Assembly: GCA_017991515.1 (NCBI GenBank)
Contig: JAGOQI010000002.1
Coordinates: 15,088-79,087 of the forward strand
Origin: Minisyncoccota bacterium
Lineage (GTDB): Bacteria > Patescibacteriota > Minisyncoccia > Phycocordibacterales > UBA9973
DNA: 64,000 nucleotides
Direction of reading: 5' to 3'
The notes under the pieces were generated by a model that saw only the letters and a list, made by a program, of their open reading frames with translations, had not been told where the DNA came from and ran no database searches. Made by a program: the position numbers and the translations under genes. Position 1 is the first letter of the stretch; each line of letters opens with the position of its first letter. Shown here in pieces: positions 41,477-51,647 of this stretch.

Positions 41477-42040
41477 ATGGCAATAATCATAGGTCTTGGA
41501 AATCCTACAAAAGAACATGCTTTAGATCGGCACAATGTCGGTTTTATGGTTTTGGATTTTTTAGCAGAAAAACATGAGTTCTCTTTTGAAGAGAAAAATA
41601 CTTTTAATGCACAAGTAGCGAGTTATGATTCTTTGCTTCTAGTAAAACCACAAACATATATGAATGATTCTGGGCTCTCTGCCAAGAAACTTTTCAAACA
41701 ATACAAAGAGCTCCCAATAGTCATTTATGATGATATCGATATAAATCTCGGCGAAATAAAATGTTCACTCTCTCGTGGAGCAGGCGGGCATAATGGCGTA
41801 CAAAGTATTATTGATCACTTAGGCACCAAAGACTTTTTCCGTATCCGTGTAGGTGTGCGACCAGTGCACGAAGAACTCAAAGACAAGATACTTCCACCGA
41901 CAGGTTTTCAAGATTTTCTTCTAACAAACTTTGCTCCGTTTGAAAAAGAACTCAAAGAGCAGGGGATAGCCAAAGCCGTTGCTATCATCGAAGCCCTAAA
42001 AACCAAAACTTTTGAAACTGTAATGAATGATTTTAATTAA
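41477..42040 (+). CDS. pth: peptidyl-tRNA hydrolase
   Basis: GLGNPTKEHALDRHNVGF N-terminal motif. Confidence 0.9.
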   Translation: MAIIIGLGNPTKEHALDRHNVGFMVLDFLAEKHEFSFEEKNTFNAQVASYDSLLLVKPQTYMNDSGLSAKKLFKQYKELPIVIYDDIDINLGEIKCSLSRGAGGHNGVQSIIDHLGTKDFFRIRVGVRPVHEELKDKILPPTGFQDFLLTNFAPFEKELKEQGIAKAVAIIEALKTKTFETVMNDFN

Positions 42041-42109
42041 AGAAAGAAATAAATATTTATCTGAAAATATAGAAAATATTACAGAAAAATTATTAAATTA
42101 AAAATCCGC

Positions 42110-42748
42110 TCAGATGGCGGATTTTTTGATAGGGAAAAATAGTTTTTCTCCTGTAACATGGAAGTCTTGGGTTGTGTAATAATCTTGGAAATAATGCCAC
42201 GGAATAATTCCTACACCCAAGTCACTCCTTTTTTGGATCACTGATTGTTTGTTGGACTTCTCACCTACTCTGTAAGTAAAGATATTGTGACCTAGAGGAG
42301 ATAGGTTCTGAGATTGGTTGGCGATTAGGTCAACCATAGCATAGACCATCAGGTGCTCGTTAATTGAATGATCGAATAGAGGGTTATGTATTAGTGTTTC
42401 TTGAGAACACAAAAAGTTTCCTATTTGTGCTGAACAGATCTGTCCTTGTATAGACAAACATCCAAGATCAAAAGGGTTTACTTTATGATTTTCAGGCTCT
42501 ATTTCCATTGCTATTTCGGCACCTAGTACTAAGCCTCGAAATTCTTTTGTAAACTTAAATTTGTTTTTCCCTCGCCAATCGGTAAAGAATTCCTTTAAGT
42601 TCTCTGGTGGAGTTATCGGCACAATCTTCAAGTCTTTTAAACTTCCGTGTATTTTTCCAAGCTCAAATTTTTGTAGAACAGTCATATGTTTATTTTTCCT
42701 TATACTATAGCTTGTGGCTTCTTTGTCAAATCTAAAAATACCTCTCAA
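42110..42748 (-). CDS. hypothetical protein
   Basis: ORF only; the true start may be the internal Met (MTVLQKF). Confidence 0.4.
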   Translation of the reverse strand: MRGIFRFDKEATSYSIRKNKHMTVLQKFELGKIHGSLKDLKIVPITPPENLKEFFTDWRGKNKFKFTKEFRGLVLGAEIAMEIEPENHKVNPFDLGCLSIQGQICSAQIGNFLCSQETLIHNPLFDHSINEHLMVYAMVDLIANQSQNLSPLGHNIFTYRVGEKSNKQSVIQKRSDLGVGIIPWHYFQDYYTTQDFHVTGEKLFFPIKKSAI

Positions 42749-42797
42749 AATGAGAGGTATTTTTTATTATTAGCTAGAACAGTTCTAGCTAATCTAT

Positions 42798-43943
42798 TTA
42801 TTCAGCTTTTGTTCCTGTCTGCGCAGGTAGGTCTGTATGAGCAGATTCTGTAGGCAGGTCTTCTAGCTTTTGTTCACCGAAGACAAGTGTCATCTTTTGT
42901 TCTTTTGGTTCAAAAAGATTCACTGTGAAAGGATAGTTTTTACCGAGTTGCAATGCTTCTTTTAATTTCTCTTCTCCTCCAAATGTAGAGTTGTGCACTA
43001 GGCCCGCAACACCTTCTTGGATAGATACGAGGGCACCGTGTTTGTTGTATTTGATAACAACACCTTTAATAACATCTCCTCGCTTTAGAGTTTTTTCGAA
43101 AGCTTTCCAAGGATTGTCTTTCAGAGCTTTGATAGAAAGAGAGATTTTACCTTCTTTGATATCTATTATTTTTGCTTTAACCATATCTTTAACCTTGAAC
43201 ATACTTCGAGGATCTTCTACAAGTCCCCAGTCTAGTTCACTGATGTGTACCAAACCTTCAAGACCATCTTCTAGTTTCAAGAATACTCCAAAGTCAACAA
43301 CGCCAGTGATCTCGCATGATAGTTCGTCACCAACAGCGTATTTACTGATAACTTCTTGTCGCTCTTCAGGATTACTTTCTTTTTCAGAGAAAATAAGTTT
43401 GCCATCTTTTGGGTTTGCAGAAATCATAGTTACTGCGATTTTTGTTCCAACAAGCTTCTTAAGTTCTTTCAAAATCTTGTCTTTGTCTGAGTCTTCTACA
43501 CGAGGGTAGTGATCAGGCTTTAGTTGTGAAGCTGGTAAGAAACCAGAAACACCTTGCCAGTCAATGATAAGACCACCTTTGTTAGCATCTTTGATAGTTA
43601 AATCAAAAATAACTTTGTCTTTGATAGCTAGGTCTGCTTCACTCCATATCAAAGCTTGTTTTGCTTCTTTTAGAGAAAGTTCTATATAACCATCTTCGTT
43701 TTCAATATCAACAACTTTCGCTTTCACTCCGTCGCCAACATTCGCCTTTTTTAATAAATCACGAACAGCCATGAACTCTCGTCCATAAATAATACCTGTA
43801 CCGTACGGTGTTAGGTCTATATAAACTGCTGCTTTGTCTACTGCAATAATAGGTCCTTCAACCAACTCTTCAAGAGAGGGTCGAACTTTCACTACTTCTT
43901 CTGTAGATGAATCTTCTTTAATTGTCTCTGTGTCTGTTTTCAT
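42798..43943 (-). CDS. rpsA: 30S ribosomal protein S1 (short form with several S1 domains)
   Basis: Repeated S1 domains (GVVDFGVFLKLEDGLEGLVHISEL); start trimmed to MKTDTE. Confidence 0.8.
   Translation of the reverse strand: MKTDTETIKEDSSTEEVVKVRPSLEELVEGPIIAVDKAAVYIDLTPYGTGIIYGREFMAVRDLLKKANVGDGVKAKVVDIENEDGYIELSLKEAKQALIWSEADLAIKDKVIFDLTIKDANKGGLIIDWQGVSGFLPASQLKPDHYPRVEDSDKDKILKELKKLVGTKIAVTMISANPKDGKLIFSEKESNPEERQEVISKYAVGDELSCEITGVVDFGVFLKLEDGLEGLVHISELDWGLVEDPRSMFKVKDMVKAKIIDIKEGKISLSIKALKDNPWKAFEKTLKRGDVIKGVVIKYNKHGALVSIQEGVAGLVHNSTFGGEEKLKEALQLGKNYPFTVNLFEPKEQKMTLVFGEQKLEDLPTESAHTDLPAQTGTKAE
42814..42833 (-). repeat. GC-rich palindromic element GACCTACCTGCGCAGACAGG at the 3' end of rpsA
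   Basis: 18-bp near-palindrome with core CTGCGCAG; encodes DLPAQTGT in-frame, just before the stop. Confidence 0.75.
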
Positions 43944-44102
43944 AAAAATAAAAAATTGCCACGCAAAAGGTGGCAAGGCCACCTTTTGGAGTTCATTTTC
44001 AGCCTATAGGTCACAAAAATGAGGTTAATCCAAAAGGGTTGATTGTTAATATTTACTCGGTAAAGAGTGCCTAGATACTAGCATTTATAGCAGAAAACAT
44101 CC

Positions 44103-44131
44103 ACTTGACTTTTTACTCAAAATATGCTATT
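44103..44131 (+). promoter_or_regulatory. sigma70 promoter
   Basis: TTGACT, 17-nt spacer, TATTAT, upstream of the ORF at 44178. Confidence 0.5.
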
Positions 44132-44177
44132 ATATGGATAGTAAATAAATTATTTTAATCAATAAATTGTTCTTTTT

Positions 44178-44384
44178 ATGGATAAGAAAAATATAAATAT
44201 ATCGAAAAAAATTTTTCAATTATTTTTTATTATTTTGATAATATCATTCTTGCTCCTATGTTATGTCCTGTTCGACCAACCATTTGGTAAGTTGTTTTTG
44301 GATCAAGAGTTGGGGTTTAACCAAACAGGTTTTGTTACAATTTGTTCATTTGTTATTGTTATGATAATGGCTTGTTTTACATAA
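44178..44384 (+). CDS. small membrane protein
   Basis: Two hydrophobic helices; the terminator AGGAGCCCAGGCTCCTTTTTTTG follows. Confidence 0.4.
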   Translation: MDKKNINISKKIFQLFFIILIISFLLLCYVLFDQPFGKLFLDQELGFNQTGFVTICSFVIVMIMACFT

Positions 44385-44478
44385 TTGTGATAAAAAAATA
44401 GAGGAGTAATTAGTTATATTAAAAACTTAGGAGCCCAGGCTCCTTTTTTTGTTTTTGCATTTTTGCTATGATATCCCC

Positions 44479-45114
44479 ATGGTTATCACATATTACGGCA
44501 AACAATACTGCAAACTGACTTTAGGAGATCTGACTATCGCTATTAATCCGCCAGCAAAAACTTCAAAAGCTATGCCGAAGCCTCCACGATTTGGAGCTGA
44601 CATTGTTCTTATTACAACAAATCACCCAGACTACAACGGTGTTGAAACTGTCACAATGGGGGACAAAGAACCTTTTGTTATAGATGGCCCAGGTTCTTAC
44701 GAAGTTAAAGAATGTTTTATTACTGGAGCAAAGAGCACTGTTGTTTTAGAAGGCAAAGAATATATAAATACTGTTTATGGTTTTGAACTAGATGGTATAA
44801 AAGTAGTTGTTTTAGGTGCACTCTCTGATGTTGCGACTCTTTCAACAGAAGCCAAAGAGATAGCAGGAGCATCAGATTTGTTATTTATCCCTATTGATGG
44901 AGGAGATGTTTTTGATACTGTAAAAGCTTACAAAGCAGCTACATCTTTTAGTCCAAGTATTCTTATCCCTATGGCCTCTGACGAATCTCTAATAACACGA
45001 CTTTTGAAAGAAGCAGGGCAGGACAAGACTGAAATGGCTGACAAAGCAACACTTAAGAGAAAAGATTTAGAAGGAAAAGAAAGTTTTATAGTAGCCTTAA
45101 CACCTCAAGCATAA
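44479..45114 (+). CDS. metallo-beta-lactamase-fold-like protein with a degenerate metal-binding motif
   Basis: Start trimmed to MVITYYGKQYCKL; the overall pattern (ITYYGK...INPP...ADIVLITTNHPDYNG) parallels UPF0173 MBL-fold hydrolases, but HxHxDH is replaced by TNHPDY. Confidence 0.4.
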   Translation: MVITYYGKQYCKLTLGDLTIAINPPAKTSKAMPKPPRFGADIVLITTNHPDYNGVETVTMGDKEPFVIDGPGSYEVKECFITGAKSTVVLEGKEYINTVYGFELDGIKVVVLGALSDVATLSTEAKEIAGASDLLFIPIDGGDVFDTVKAYKAATSFSPSILIPMASDESLITRLLKEAGQDKTEMADKATLKRKDLEGKESFIVALTPQA

Positions 45115-45117
45115 AAT

Positions 45118-45339
45118 ATGGTTTTAGAAGATAAGCCAATTCATGTTCGCAGAAAGATAGCTCTTAGGATTACTATTATTGTCGGAGCAATACTTTTGGC
45201 TATTTTGGCTATCATATATCTCTCAGGTTCAAATAAAGATAATATAGAAAAAGACTCAGCATTTTTGCATTTTTACGCAACAATTTTAGATAATGCGCAA
45301 TCATTTTTTAGTCCAGACCGTGCTATAATAGAGAAATAA
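45118..45339 (+). CDS. hypothetical membrane protein (73 aa)
   Basis: ORF with one transmembrane helix, immediately upstream of gyrA. Confidence 0.35.
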   Translation: MVLEDKPIHVRRKIALRITIIVGAILLAILAIIYLSGSNKDNIEKDSAFLHFYATILDNAQSFFSPDRAIIEK

Positions 45340-45340
45340 T

Positions 45341-47824
45341 ATGGCTAAAAAGTCAGAAAAAAATTCGCCTGAGAGCGAGCCAATAACTCCAATCGTTCAC
45401 GACAAAATCGTGTCTGTTGATATTGTGGGTGAAATGCAACGCTCATATATAGACTACGCGATGAGTGTTATTACTGATCGAGCTCTTCCTGATGTCAGGG
45501 ATGGTCTTAAGCCGGTACATCGTCGTATTTTGTATTCTATGTATGAAAACGGTGTTGTTTCAACTGCAAAATTTCGTAAAAGTGCTTATATTGTCGGAGA
45601 TGTACTAGGTAAATATCACCCGCATGGAGATACTTCTGTTTATTATGCGATGGTGAACTTGGCACAAGACTTTACTACAAGGTACCAACTCATTCAAGGG
45701 CAAGGAAACTTTGGTTCTATAGATGGAGACTCTCCTGCTGCGATGCGTTATACCGAAGCTCGAATGTCAAAAATAGCTAGTGATCTTTTAAGAGATATAG
45801 AAAAAAATACAGTTGAGTTTCGCCCGAACTATGATGCTACTCGAAAAGAACCCTTAGTGTTCCCAACAGCTGTTCCAACACTTTTATTAAATGGAACTCT
45901 GGGTATTGCTGTTGGAATGGCAAGTAATATTCCGCCGCACAATTTAAATGAAATAGTAGATGCAACACTTCATCTGATAGAGCATGATGATGCAAGCAGT
46001 GATGACTTGGCAGAGATAGTAAAAGGACCTGATTTTCCAACTGGTGGATTGGCTTTTAATAAAAAAGATATTGTACACGCTTTATCTACTGGACGAGGAG
46101 GAGTTGTTTGTCGTGGTGAAGCAGAAATAGTAGAACAAAAAAATGGCTCATATCAAATAACAGTAACATCACTTCCATATCGAGTAGTAAGAAGTAACTT
46201 CGTAGAATCTATAGCAACACTGGTTCAAGAAAAAAAGCTCGATGGTATTAAAGGTCTTGAAGATCACTCAGCCAAAGATATGCGAGTTGTTATAACACTT
46301 AAAAATGGTATCAATCCACAAAAAGTTTTAAATCATCTATATAAACATACTCAACTTCAACAAACATTTCACTACAACATGGTAGCTTTGGTTGACGGAG
46401 TTCCAGAAACTCTTTCTCTAAAATCAGTATTAAATGCTTTTATTGCTCACCGAGAGGTTATTGTTCGAAGACGAACAGAGTTTGATTTACAAAAAGCAAA
46501 AGACAGAGAGCATATTTTGCTTGGTCTTAAGAAAGCACTTGATCATATAGATAAAATCATCACTCTTATCCGTGCTTCAAAGGACGCAGCTGTTGCGAAG
46601 CTAAACTTGATGAAAGAATTTAAATTCTCAGACCTTCAAGCAACTGCTATTTTGGAAATGCGTTTGCAAAAGCTCGCTGGGCTTGAGAGAAAAGCTGTAG
46701 AGCTTGAACTGAAAGAGAAACAAGAACTGATTGCAGAACTTGAAGCACTACTTAAAAGTGCAAAAAAAATATTTGCAGTTATTGCTTCTGAGCTTGCAGA
46801 ATTAAAAGAAAAATATGGAGATGAAAGAAAGACAAAGATCATGAATGGTGGAACAAATATGATTTCTGATGAGGATTTAATACCTGAGAAAGAAACAGTT
46901 TTAGTATTTACTTCTGGAGGATATGTAAAACGAACAGATCCTAGTGAATACAAAATGCAGCGCCGTGGAGGAGTAGGAGTTATTGATCTTGAAACAAAAG
47001 AGGAAGATTTTGTTACCCAACTTCTAACCACAGATACTCATAGTGATTTACTTTTCTTTACCAACAAAGGTAAGGCTTATCAAATAAAGATGTATGAACT
47101 TCCAGAAGGAAAGCGGGCTACAAAAGGTAAGTCTATTATGAATTATCTGTCACTAGCAGGCGATGAAAATGTTACTTCTATACTTGCTGTTCCAAAGAAA
47201 GCAAAGTCAGAAAAAGCGTCTTTGATGTTAGTTACCAAAAAAGGAGTTGCTAAGAAAATCTCTTACGAAAGTTTCAAAGATGTTAGAAGAAGTGGAATTA
47301 TTGCTATCAGGCTTGATGCCGGGGATGAGCTTGAAGCAGTACTACGAGTTCAAAAAGGACAAAGTATTATACTTGCAACATCAGAAGGTCAAAGTATTCG
47401 TTTTGATGAATCAGATGTTCGAGAAATGGGAAGAACTGCAGGTGGAGTACGAGCTATTAAGCTTAGTAAACATGACAAACTTATTTGTGCGGATGTCATA
47501 GAAAATAATCAGACTGCTGAAGATAAAACATATATGTTGATAATAGGAGAAAATGGCTTAGGAAAGAAAACTGCTATTTCAGAATATAAAGTACAAAAGC
47601 GCGGAGGGTCAGGAATAAAAACTGCCAAGATAACTGCAAAGACAGGGAAGTTGATGGTAGGGAAAATAGTAGTAGATGATATGGAGCTTGTGGCTATGAG
47701 TAAAAAAGGTCAAGTTATCAGAGTTGATCTTAATACTATCCCATCGAGCGGAAGACAAACTCAAGGTGTGACTATTATGAAACTTAAAGCAGGGGATACA
47801 TTGGCTTCGGTTACGTGCCTTTAA
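45341..47824 (+). CDS. gyrA: DNA gyrase subunit A
   Basis: [29 protein letters not shown] active-site region; GyrA-box-like QRRGGVG in the C-terminal domain. Confidence 0.9.
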   Translation: MAKKSEKNSPESEPITPIVHDKIVSVDIVGEMQRSYIDYAMSVITDRALPDVRDGLKPVHRRILYSMYENGVVSTAKFRKSAYIVGDVLGKYHPHGDTSVYYAMVNLAQDFTTRYQLIQGQGNFGSIDGDSPAAMRYTEARMSKIASDLLRDIEKNTVEFRPNYDATRKEPLVFPTAVPTLLLNGTLGIAVGMASNIPPHNLNEIVDATLHLIEHDDASSDDLAEIVKGPDFPTGGLAFNKKDIVHALSTGRGGVVCRGEAEIVEQKNGSYQITVTSLPYRVVRSNFVESIATLVQEKKLDGIKGLEDHSAKDMRVVITLKNGINPQKVLNHLYKHTQLQQTFHYNMVALVDGVPETLSLKSVLNAFIAHREVIVRRRTEFDLQKAKDREHILLGLKKALDHIDKIITLIRASKDAAVAKLNLMKEFKFSDLQATAILEMRLQKLAGLERKAVELELKEKQELIAELEALLKSAKKIFAVIASELAELKEKYGDERKTKIMNGGTNMISDEDLIPEKETVLVFTSGGYVKRTDPSEYKMQRRGGVGVIDLETKEEDFVTQLLTTDTHSDLLFFTNKGKAYQIKMYELPEGKRATKGKSIMNYLSLAGDENVTSILAVPKKAKSEKASLMLVTKKGVAKKISYESFKDVRRSGIIAIRLDAGDELEAVLRVQKGQSIILATSEGQSIRFDESDVREMGRTAGGVRAIKLSKHDKLICADVIENNQTAEDKTYMLIIGENGLGKKTAISEYKVQKRGGSGIKTAKITAKTGKLMVGKIVVDDMELVAMSKKGQVIRVDLNTIPSSGRQTQGVTIMKLKAGDTLASVTCL

Positions 47825-47830
47825 TCGCTC

Positions 47831-47903
47831 GGGAGCAATATATTATTTGCGAATCGAGGACTCTGCGTAGGCATCCGCAGAAAGCAAATAATATATTGCT
47901 CCC
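47831..47903. repeat. 73-bp nested hairpin at the gyrA 3' end that carries a copy of the GC-rich palindromic element
   Basis: Perfect 20-bp inverted repeat GGGAGCAATATATTATTTGC / GCAAATAATATATTGCTCCC enclosing GAATCGAGGACTCTGCGTAGGCATCCGCAGAAA, which is the inverted copy of 38944-38975. Confidence 0.8.
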
Positions 47904-47949
47904 TCGCTTAGGAAAAAATTTGTAATATATTTTTATTTTTAAATACCCT

Positions 47950-47977
47950 TTCAACTTCACTATCTTACCGGTATAAT
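47950..47977 (+). promoter_or_regulatory. sigma70 promoter of the methyltransferase / solute-binding / pilin-like operon
   Basis: TTCAAC, 16-nt spacer, TATAAT, immediately upstream of 47984. Confidence 0.5.
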
Positions 47978-47983
47978 ATAAAC

Positions 47984-48508
47984 ATGTTCATGGACCCGGT
48001 CCTGTTGTTGCAATCATGTCATTTGAAACCTACTGATTCAGTAGCAGACTTTGGTGCCGGCTCTGGTTTTATGGCCAAGACTATTGCAAACATTGTAACT
48101 TCAGGCAATGTTTTTGCTGTTGAAATAAATAGAGATCTAGTAGCTCGTATTATTCATGAAGTAGAGGATAACCATATAAAAAACATTCATCCACTTTGGG
48201 GTGATGTTGAAATAATAGGTGGATCAAAGCTAGGAGAGAAAAGTGTTGATGTAGCAGTATTTTCTAATATTTTATTTCAGCTTGATGATAAAAAAAATGC
48301 CCTAAAAGAAGCATTTCGTATTTTGAAAGATGGAGGACATTTGATAGTTGTTGATTGGCAGGAGTCATTTGGTGGACTTGGTCCAAAACCAGAGAGAGTT
48401 TTGACAAAAGAAATGGCAGAAGAACTTATTTCTTCTGTTGGTTTTACAAAACTCTCCGATATTTCTCCAGCTGGAGAGCATCATTATGCTATACTTTTTA
48501 AGAAATAA
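47984..48508 (+). CDS. class I SAM-dependent methyltransferase (small-molecule or RNA type)
   Basis: Motif I DFGAGSGFMAK; motif post-I and II spacing typical of UbiE/SmtA-like methyltransferases; not a DNA methyltransferase. Confidence 0.65.
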   Translation: MFMDPVLLLQSCHLKPTDSVADFGAGSGFMAKTIANIVTSGNVFAVEINRDLVARIIHEVEDNHIKNIHPLWGDVEIIGGSKLGEKSVDVAVFSNILFQLDDKKNALKEAFRILKDGGHLIVVDWQESFGGLGPKPERVLTKEMAEELISSVGFTKLSDISPAGEHHYAILFKK

Positions 48509-48511
48509 AAT

Positions 48512-49825
48512 ATGAAATCTACATTTCAAACTATTTTAATAGCCGTATTTATCGCAGCTTTCATTGGGGCTATTCTTATTTTTGCTGGAGTTATAAATAT
48601 TGGCAAATCTTCTTCTAATAATACAGTTACAGGTTCTGTAGTTGTTTGGGGTATTTATCCTTCAGAGGTAATGCAGCCATTTATAGAGAAAATAAATACA
48701 AAAAATAAAACTATCAACACTTCTTATTTACAGGTAACTCCCGAAAATTTTAGAAATAATTTAATAGAAGCTTTAGCTAGTGGAACTGCACCAGATATAG
48801 TGATAGCAGATTCTGGTCAAATTTTCTCTTTCAGAGACAAGCTCTACACCATACCTTTTGCTACCTATAACGAAAGGCTTTACCGAGATACTTTTATAGA
48901 CGGAGCTTCAATATTTTTAAATAAAGAAGGAGTACTCGCTGTACCTCTTTTGGTTGACCCGCTTGTTACTTATTACAACAAAGATCTTTTGGCAGGGCAG
49001 AGATTTGTAGTTCCTCCAACATCTTGGTCTTCCTTAGTGCAGTCATTGCCTTTATTTGTTAAAAAAGATGCAAAAGGAGTTATAACTCAAACAGCTATAG
49101 GTCTTGGAGAATGGTCAAATGTAAATCATTTCAAAGACATTCTCTCAGCTCTTTTCTTGCAAACAGGTAATCCTATAGTTTCTCTAGACTCTTATACAGG
49201 TCTTTATGTACAGAGATTGAATACTTCTACTGTTCAAAATAATGACACAGAGCTTCCTACAGTTTCAGCATTAAATTTCTTTACTAGTTTTGCAAATCAG
49301 GCGAGCTCAATGTTCTCTTGGTCCAGAAATCTTCCAAGTACTTTAGATATGTTTCTCTCTGGTAAAAGTGCATTTTACATAGGAAGGGCTAGCGAGCTCT
49401 TTACTATTCAAGCGCGTAATCCAAACTTGAACTTTGATGTTTCTACACTATTTCAAGCTGATGGAGCTATTAGACCTGTGACACACGGACTTTTTAGTGG
49501 CCTTGCTATGATCAAATCAAGTCCAAATTTCTCGGCTGCTTATATTGTTGCAGGGGATTTAACAAGTGCGGAGTTTACAGAATACCTCTCAGGTGCGACT
49601 TCACTTCCTTCTGTAAGACGAGATTTATTACTTACTCAGCAAACAAATCCTTATGTGCAAGTTTATTTCCAAGCCGCTCTTTCTGCATTTGGTTGGCCGG
49701 ATGTAGATAACATAGCTACTGAAAATGTTTTCCGTGATATGATAAGAAATATTAATAGTGGTGCAACTAATCCAAATCAAGCAATATATGAAGCGTCTCG
49801 CGATTTACAGTCTATTGTTCGTTAG
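48512..49825 (+). CDS. extracellular solute-binding protein (family 1-like), membrane-anchored, orphan
   Basis: N-terminal transmembrane anchor, then a periplasmic-binding-protein-like sequence (VVVWGIYPSEV...APDIVIADSGQ...VPLLVDPLVTYYNKDLL); no permease or ATPase genes nearby. Confidence 0.55.
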   Translation: MKSTFQTILIAVFIAAFIGAILIFAGVINIGKSSSNNTVTGSVVVWGIYPSEVMQPFIEKINTKNKTINTSYLQVTPENFRNNLIEALASGTAPDIVIADSGQIFSFRDKLYTIPFATYNERLYRDTFIDGASIFLNKEGVLAVPLLVDPLVTYYNKDLLAGQRFVVPPTSWSSLVQSLPLFVKKDAKGVITQTAIGLGEWSNVNHFKDILSALFLQTGNPIVSLDSYTGLYVQRLNTSTVQNNDTELPTVSALNFFTSFANQASSMFSWSRNLPSTLDMFLSGKSAFYIGRASELFTIQARNPNLNFDVSTLFQADGAIRPVTHGLFSGLAMIKSSPNFSAAYIVAGDLTSAEFTEYLSGATSLPSVRRDLLLTQQTNPYVQVYFQAALSAFGWPDVDNIATENVFRDMIRNINSGATNPNQAIYEASRDLQSIVR

Positions 49826-50357
49826 TCTTTGCTTCTTATCGCAAAGTATAATTTTGTCGCCCACTTATTTTATTCATGCTCAAGAAGAAAAATCAAAAGG
49901 CGATGGCACTTGCAATGATGGGGTTGATAACAGTGATCCGGCAGATGGAAAGGCTGACTACTATGGTGTAGATACAAATGGTGATGGAAAGTTAGACTTG
50001 GAGCCAGACCCATCATGTATTGCACCAGAAGGGACAGAAGGTTCTGATATTTCAAACAGCAATCTTATATCTTGCTATAACTACTGTACATTCTCTGATG
50101 TACTGCGGACTATCAACAATTTCATAACTTTTCTCATCACAACTTTATTTATACCTACATTAGTCCTACTGTTTATGTATGCTGGCTTTAAATACATCAC
50201 AGCCCAAGGCAATCCTTCAAAGGTTGCCAATCTCAAGAAGATGCTTATGAATATAGTCATTGGTATGCTTTTGATTTTGTGTGCTTGGTTGATAGTTAAA
50301 GTAATACTTACCACTTTGGTTAAAAATGAAGATAGTGCTCTGCAATTTTTAGAATAG
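49788..50357 (+). CDS. secreted pilin-like protein, paralog 1 (Cys/Asp-rich region plus C-terminal two-transmembrane TrbC/VirB2-like module)
   Basis: Signal peptide MKRLAIYSLLFVSLCFLSQS; CNDGVDNSDPADGKAD and DTNGDGKLD calcium-binding-like motifs; C-terminal FIPTLVLLFMYAGFKYITAQGNPSKVANLKKMLMNIVIGMLLILCAWLIVKVIL; start overlaps the preceding gene by 38 nt. Confidence 0.55.
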   Translation: MKRLAIYSLLFVSLCFLSQSIILSPTYFIHAQEEKSKGDGTCNDGVDNSDPADGKADYYGVDTNGDGKLDLEPDPSCIAPEGTEGSDISNSNLISCYNYCTFSDVLRTINNFITFLITTLFIPTLVLLFMYAGFKYITAQGNPSKVANLKKMLMNIVIGMLLILCAWLIVKVILTTLVKNEDSALQFLE

Positions 50358-50372
50358 TGATATAATAATATT

Positions 50373-50927
50373 ATGAAAATCCGCCACCTTCTTTTAGTCT
50401 TACTCCTTGTTCTTGGGATTTTTAGTACTACTTTTGCTCAAGCACCAGTTAGATCTCCACAAAATCCTCCTGTACAGTCTCCAAATCAATGTAATGATGG
50501 GAAAGATAATGGTGATGGCGACAATCTGGCTGATGACAAAGATCCAGATTGTAAAACTGGAGTAAAATGTGAAGATGGTACAACAAAATGTATAACTCAA
50601 GCAGGTACAGGAACTAGTGGCACAACTTCAGGCTCTGATGCCACTGATTTTGACCTAAAGGTTCGCATAAATAATCCTTTGAAAGTTGGAACTATATCTG
50701 AAGCTATAAGTTTGTTCATGAACGCCGTGCTTCGTATTGCTATACCATTTATCATCATCTTCTTTATTTGGAGTGGTTTAAGCTTTATATTGGCTCGGGG
50801 TAACCCTGAAAAAATAAAAACTGCCAAAAATATGTTTTGGTATACTGTTATCGGTACACTTCTGATACTTGGAGCTTGGACTATTACAAACGCTATTATT
50901 GGTACAGTTAATTCGATAACAGGATAA
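50373..50927 (+). CDS. secreted pilin-like protein, paralog 2
   Basis: Signal peptide; QCNDGKDNGDGDNLADDKDPDC; C-terminal IPFIIIFFIWSGLSFILARGNPEKIKTAKNMFWYTVIGTLLILGAWTITNAIIG. Confidence 0.6.
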   Translation: MKIRHLLLVLLLVLGIFSTTFAQAPVRSPQNPPVQSPNQCNDGKDNGDGDNLADDKDPDCKTGVKCEDGTTKCITQAGTGTSGTTSGSDATDFDLKVRINNPLKVGTISEAISLFMNAVLRIAIPFIIIFFIWSGLSFILARGNPEKIKTAKNMFWYTVIGTLLILGAWTITNAIIGTVNSITG

Positions 50928-50929
50928 TT

Positions 50930-51583
50930 ATGTTTAAAAAACTCATCACAATTTCTACTTTAGTTTTATCTCTATCTTTTCTATTTAGTTTAAATGTAAA
51001 TGCACAACAAATACCAACTTGTGACTTAAATACTCCTGTCACAAGCCAAAACTTCCCACTATGTTGTCCGTCACAGATTCCAGGGCAAATACAAAAATGT
51101 GCACTTTTTTGTATTAATAACCCAACAGAGATAGCTTGTAACCCAAACATTCGAGGGGGTGGACCGACAACACCTGGGACTAATCCTACAAATACAGGCA
51201 CAACACCAGGAACTATAGCAAATACTCCACAACCCAAGTCTTCAGAATTATCTTCTTGCAATGTTATCGCTTTTGATTCTCTTTTAGATATTTTGATCTG
51301 GCTTAAATGTATTATAGGAAGTGCTATTATTCCTCTTATATTCACCTTAGCTTTCTTGTACTTCCTTTGGGGGATGGTTCAATACATCCGTAATGCCAAT
51401 AACGAGAAGAAGAGGGAAGAGAGTAAAAAATTTATTTATGTAGGTATTATTGCTCTGACTGTTATGGTCTCTGTTTGGGGGATTGTTAGGATAGTTACTA
51501 GTACATTTGGTTTAGGTAATACTGTTCCGCAGCTTCAAACAGATTGTTTGACCAATACCAAGGAAAACCCTTGTAAAAAATAG
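50930..51583 (+). CDS. secreted pilin-like protein, paralog 3
   Basis: Signal peptide; Cys-rich region and a T/P/G-rich linker; C-terminal IPLIFTLAFLYFLWGMVQYIRNANNEKKREESKKFIYVGIIALTVMVSVWGIVRIVTSTFGLGN. Confidence 0.6.
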   Translation: MFKKLITISTLVLSLSFLFSLNVNAQQIPTCDLNTPVTSQNFPLCCPSQIPGQIQKCALFCINNPTEIACNPNIRGGGPTTPGTNPTNTGTTPGTIANTPQPKSSELSSCNVIAFDSLLDILIWLKCIIGSAIIPLIFTLAFLYFLWGMVQYIRNANNEKKREESKKFIYVGIIALTVMVSVWGIVRIVTSTFGLGNTVPQLQTDCLTNTKENPCKK

Positions 51584-51647
51584 GGTTGTGGTATACTTAT
51601 AGGGTATCGTATTTATAAAATATTAATATTAAAAACCGTAAATTTAT

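Noticed and set aside
49758-49787. Longer version of pilin-like paralog 1 starting at 49758
   Set aside because: That extension overlaps the solute-binding gene by 68 nt. The ATG at 49788 begins a typical signal peptide.
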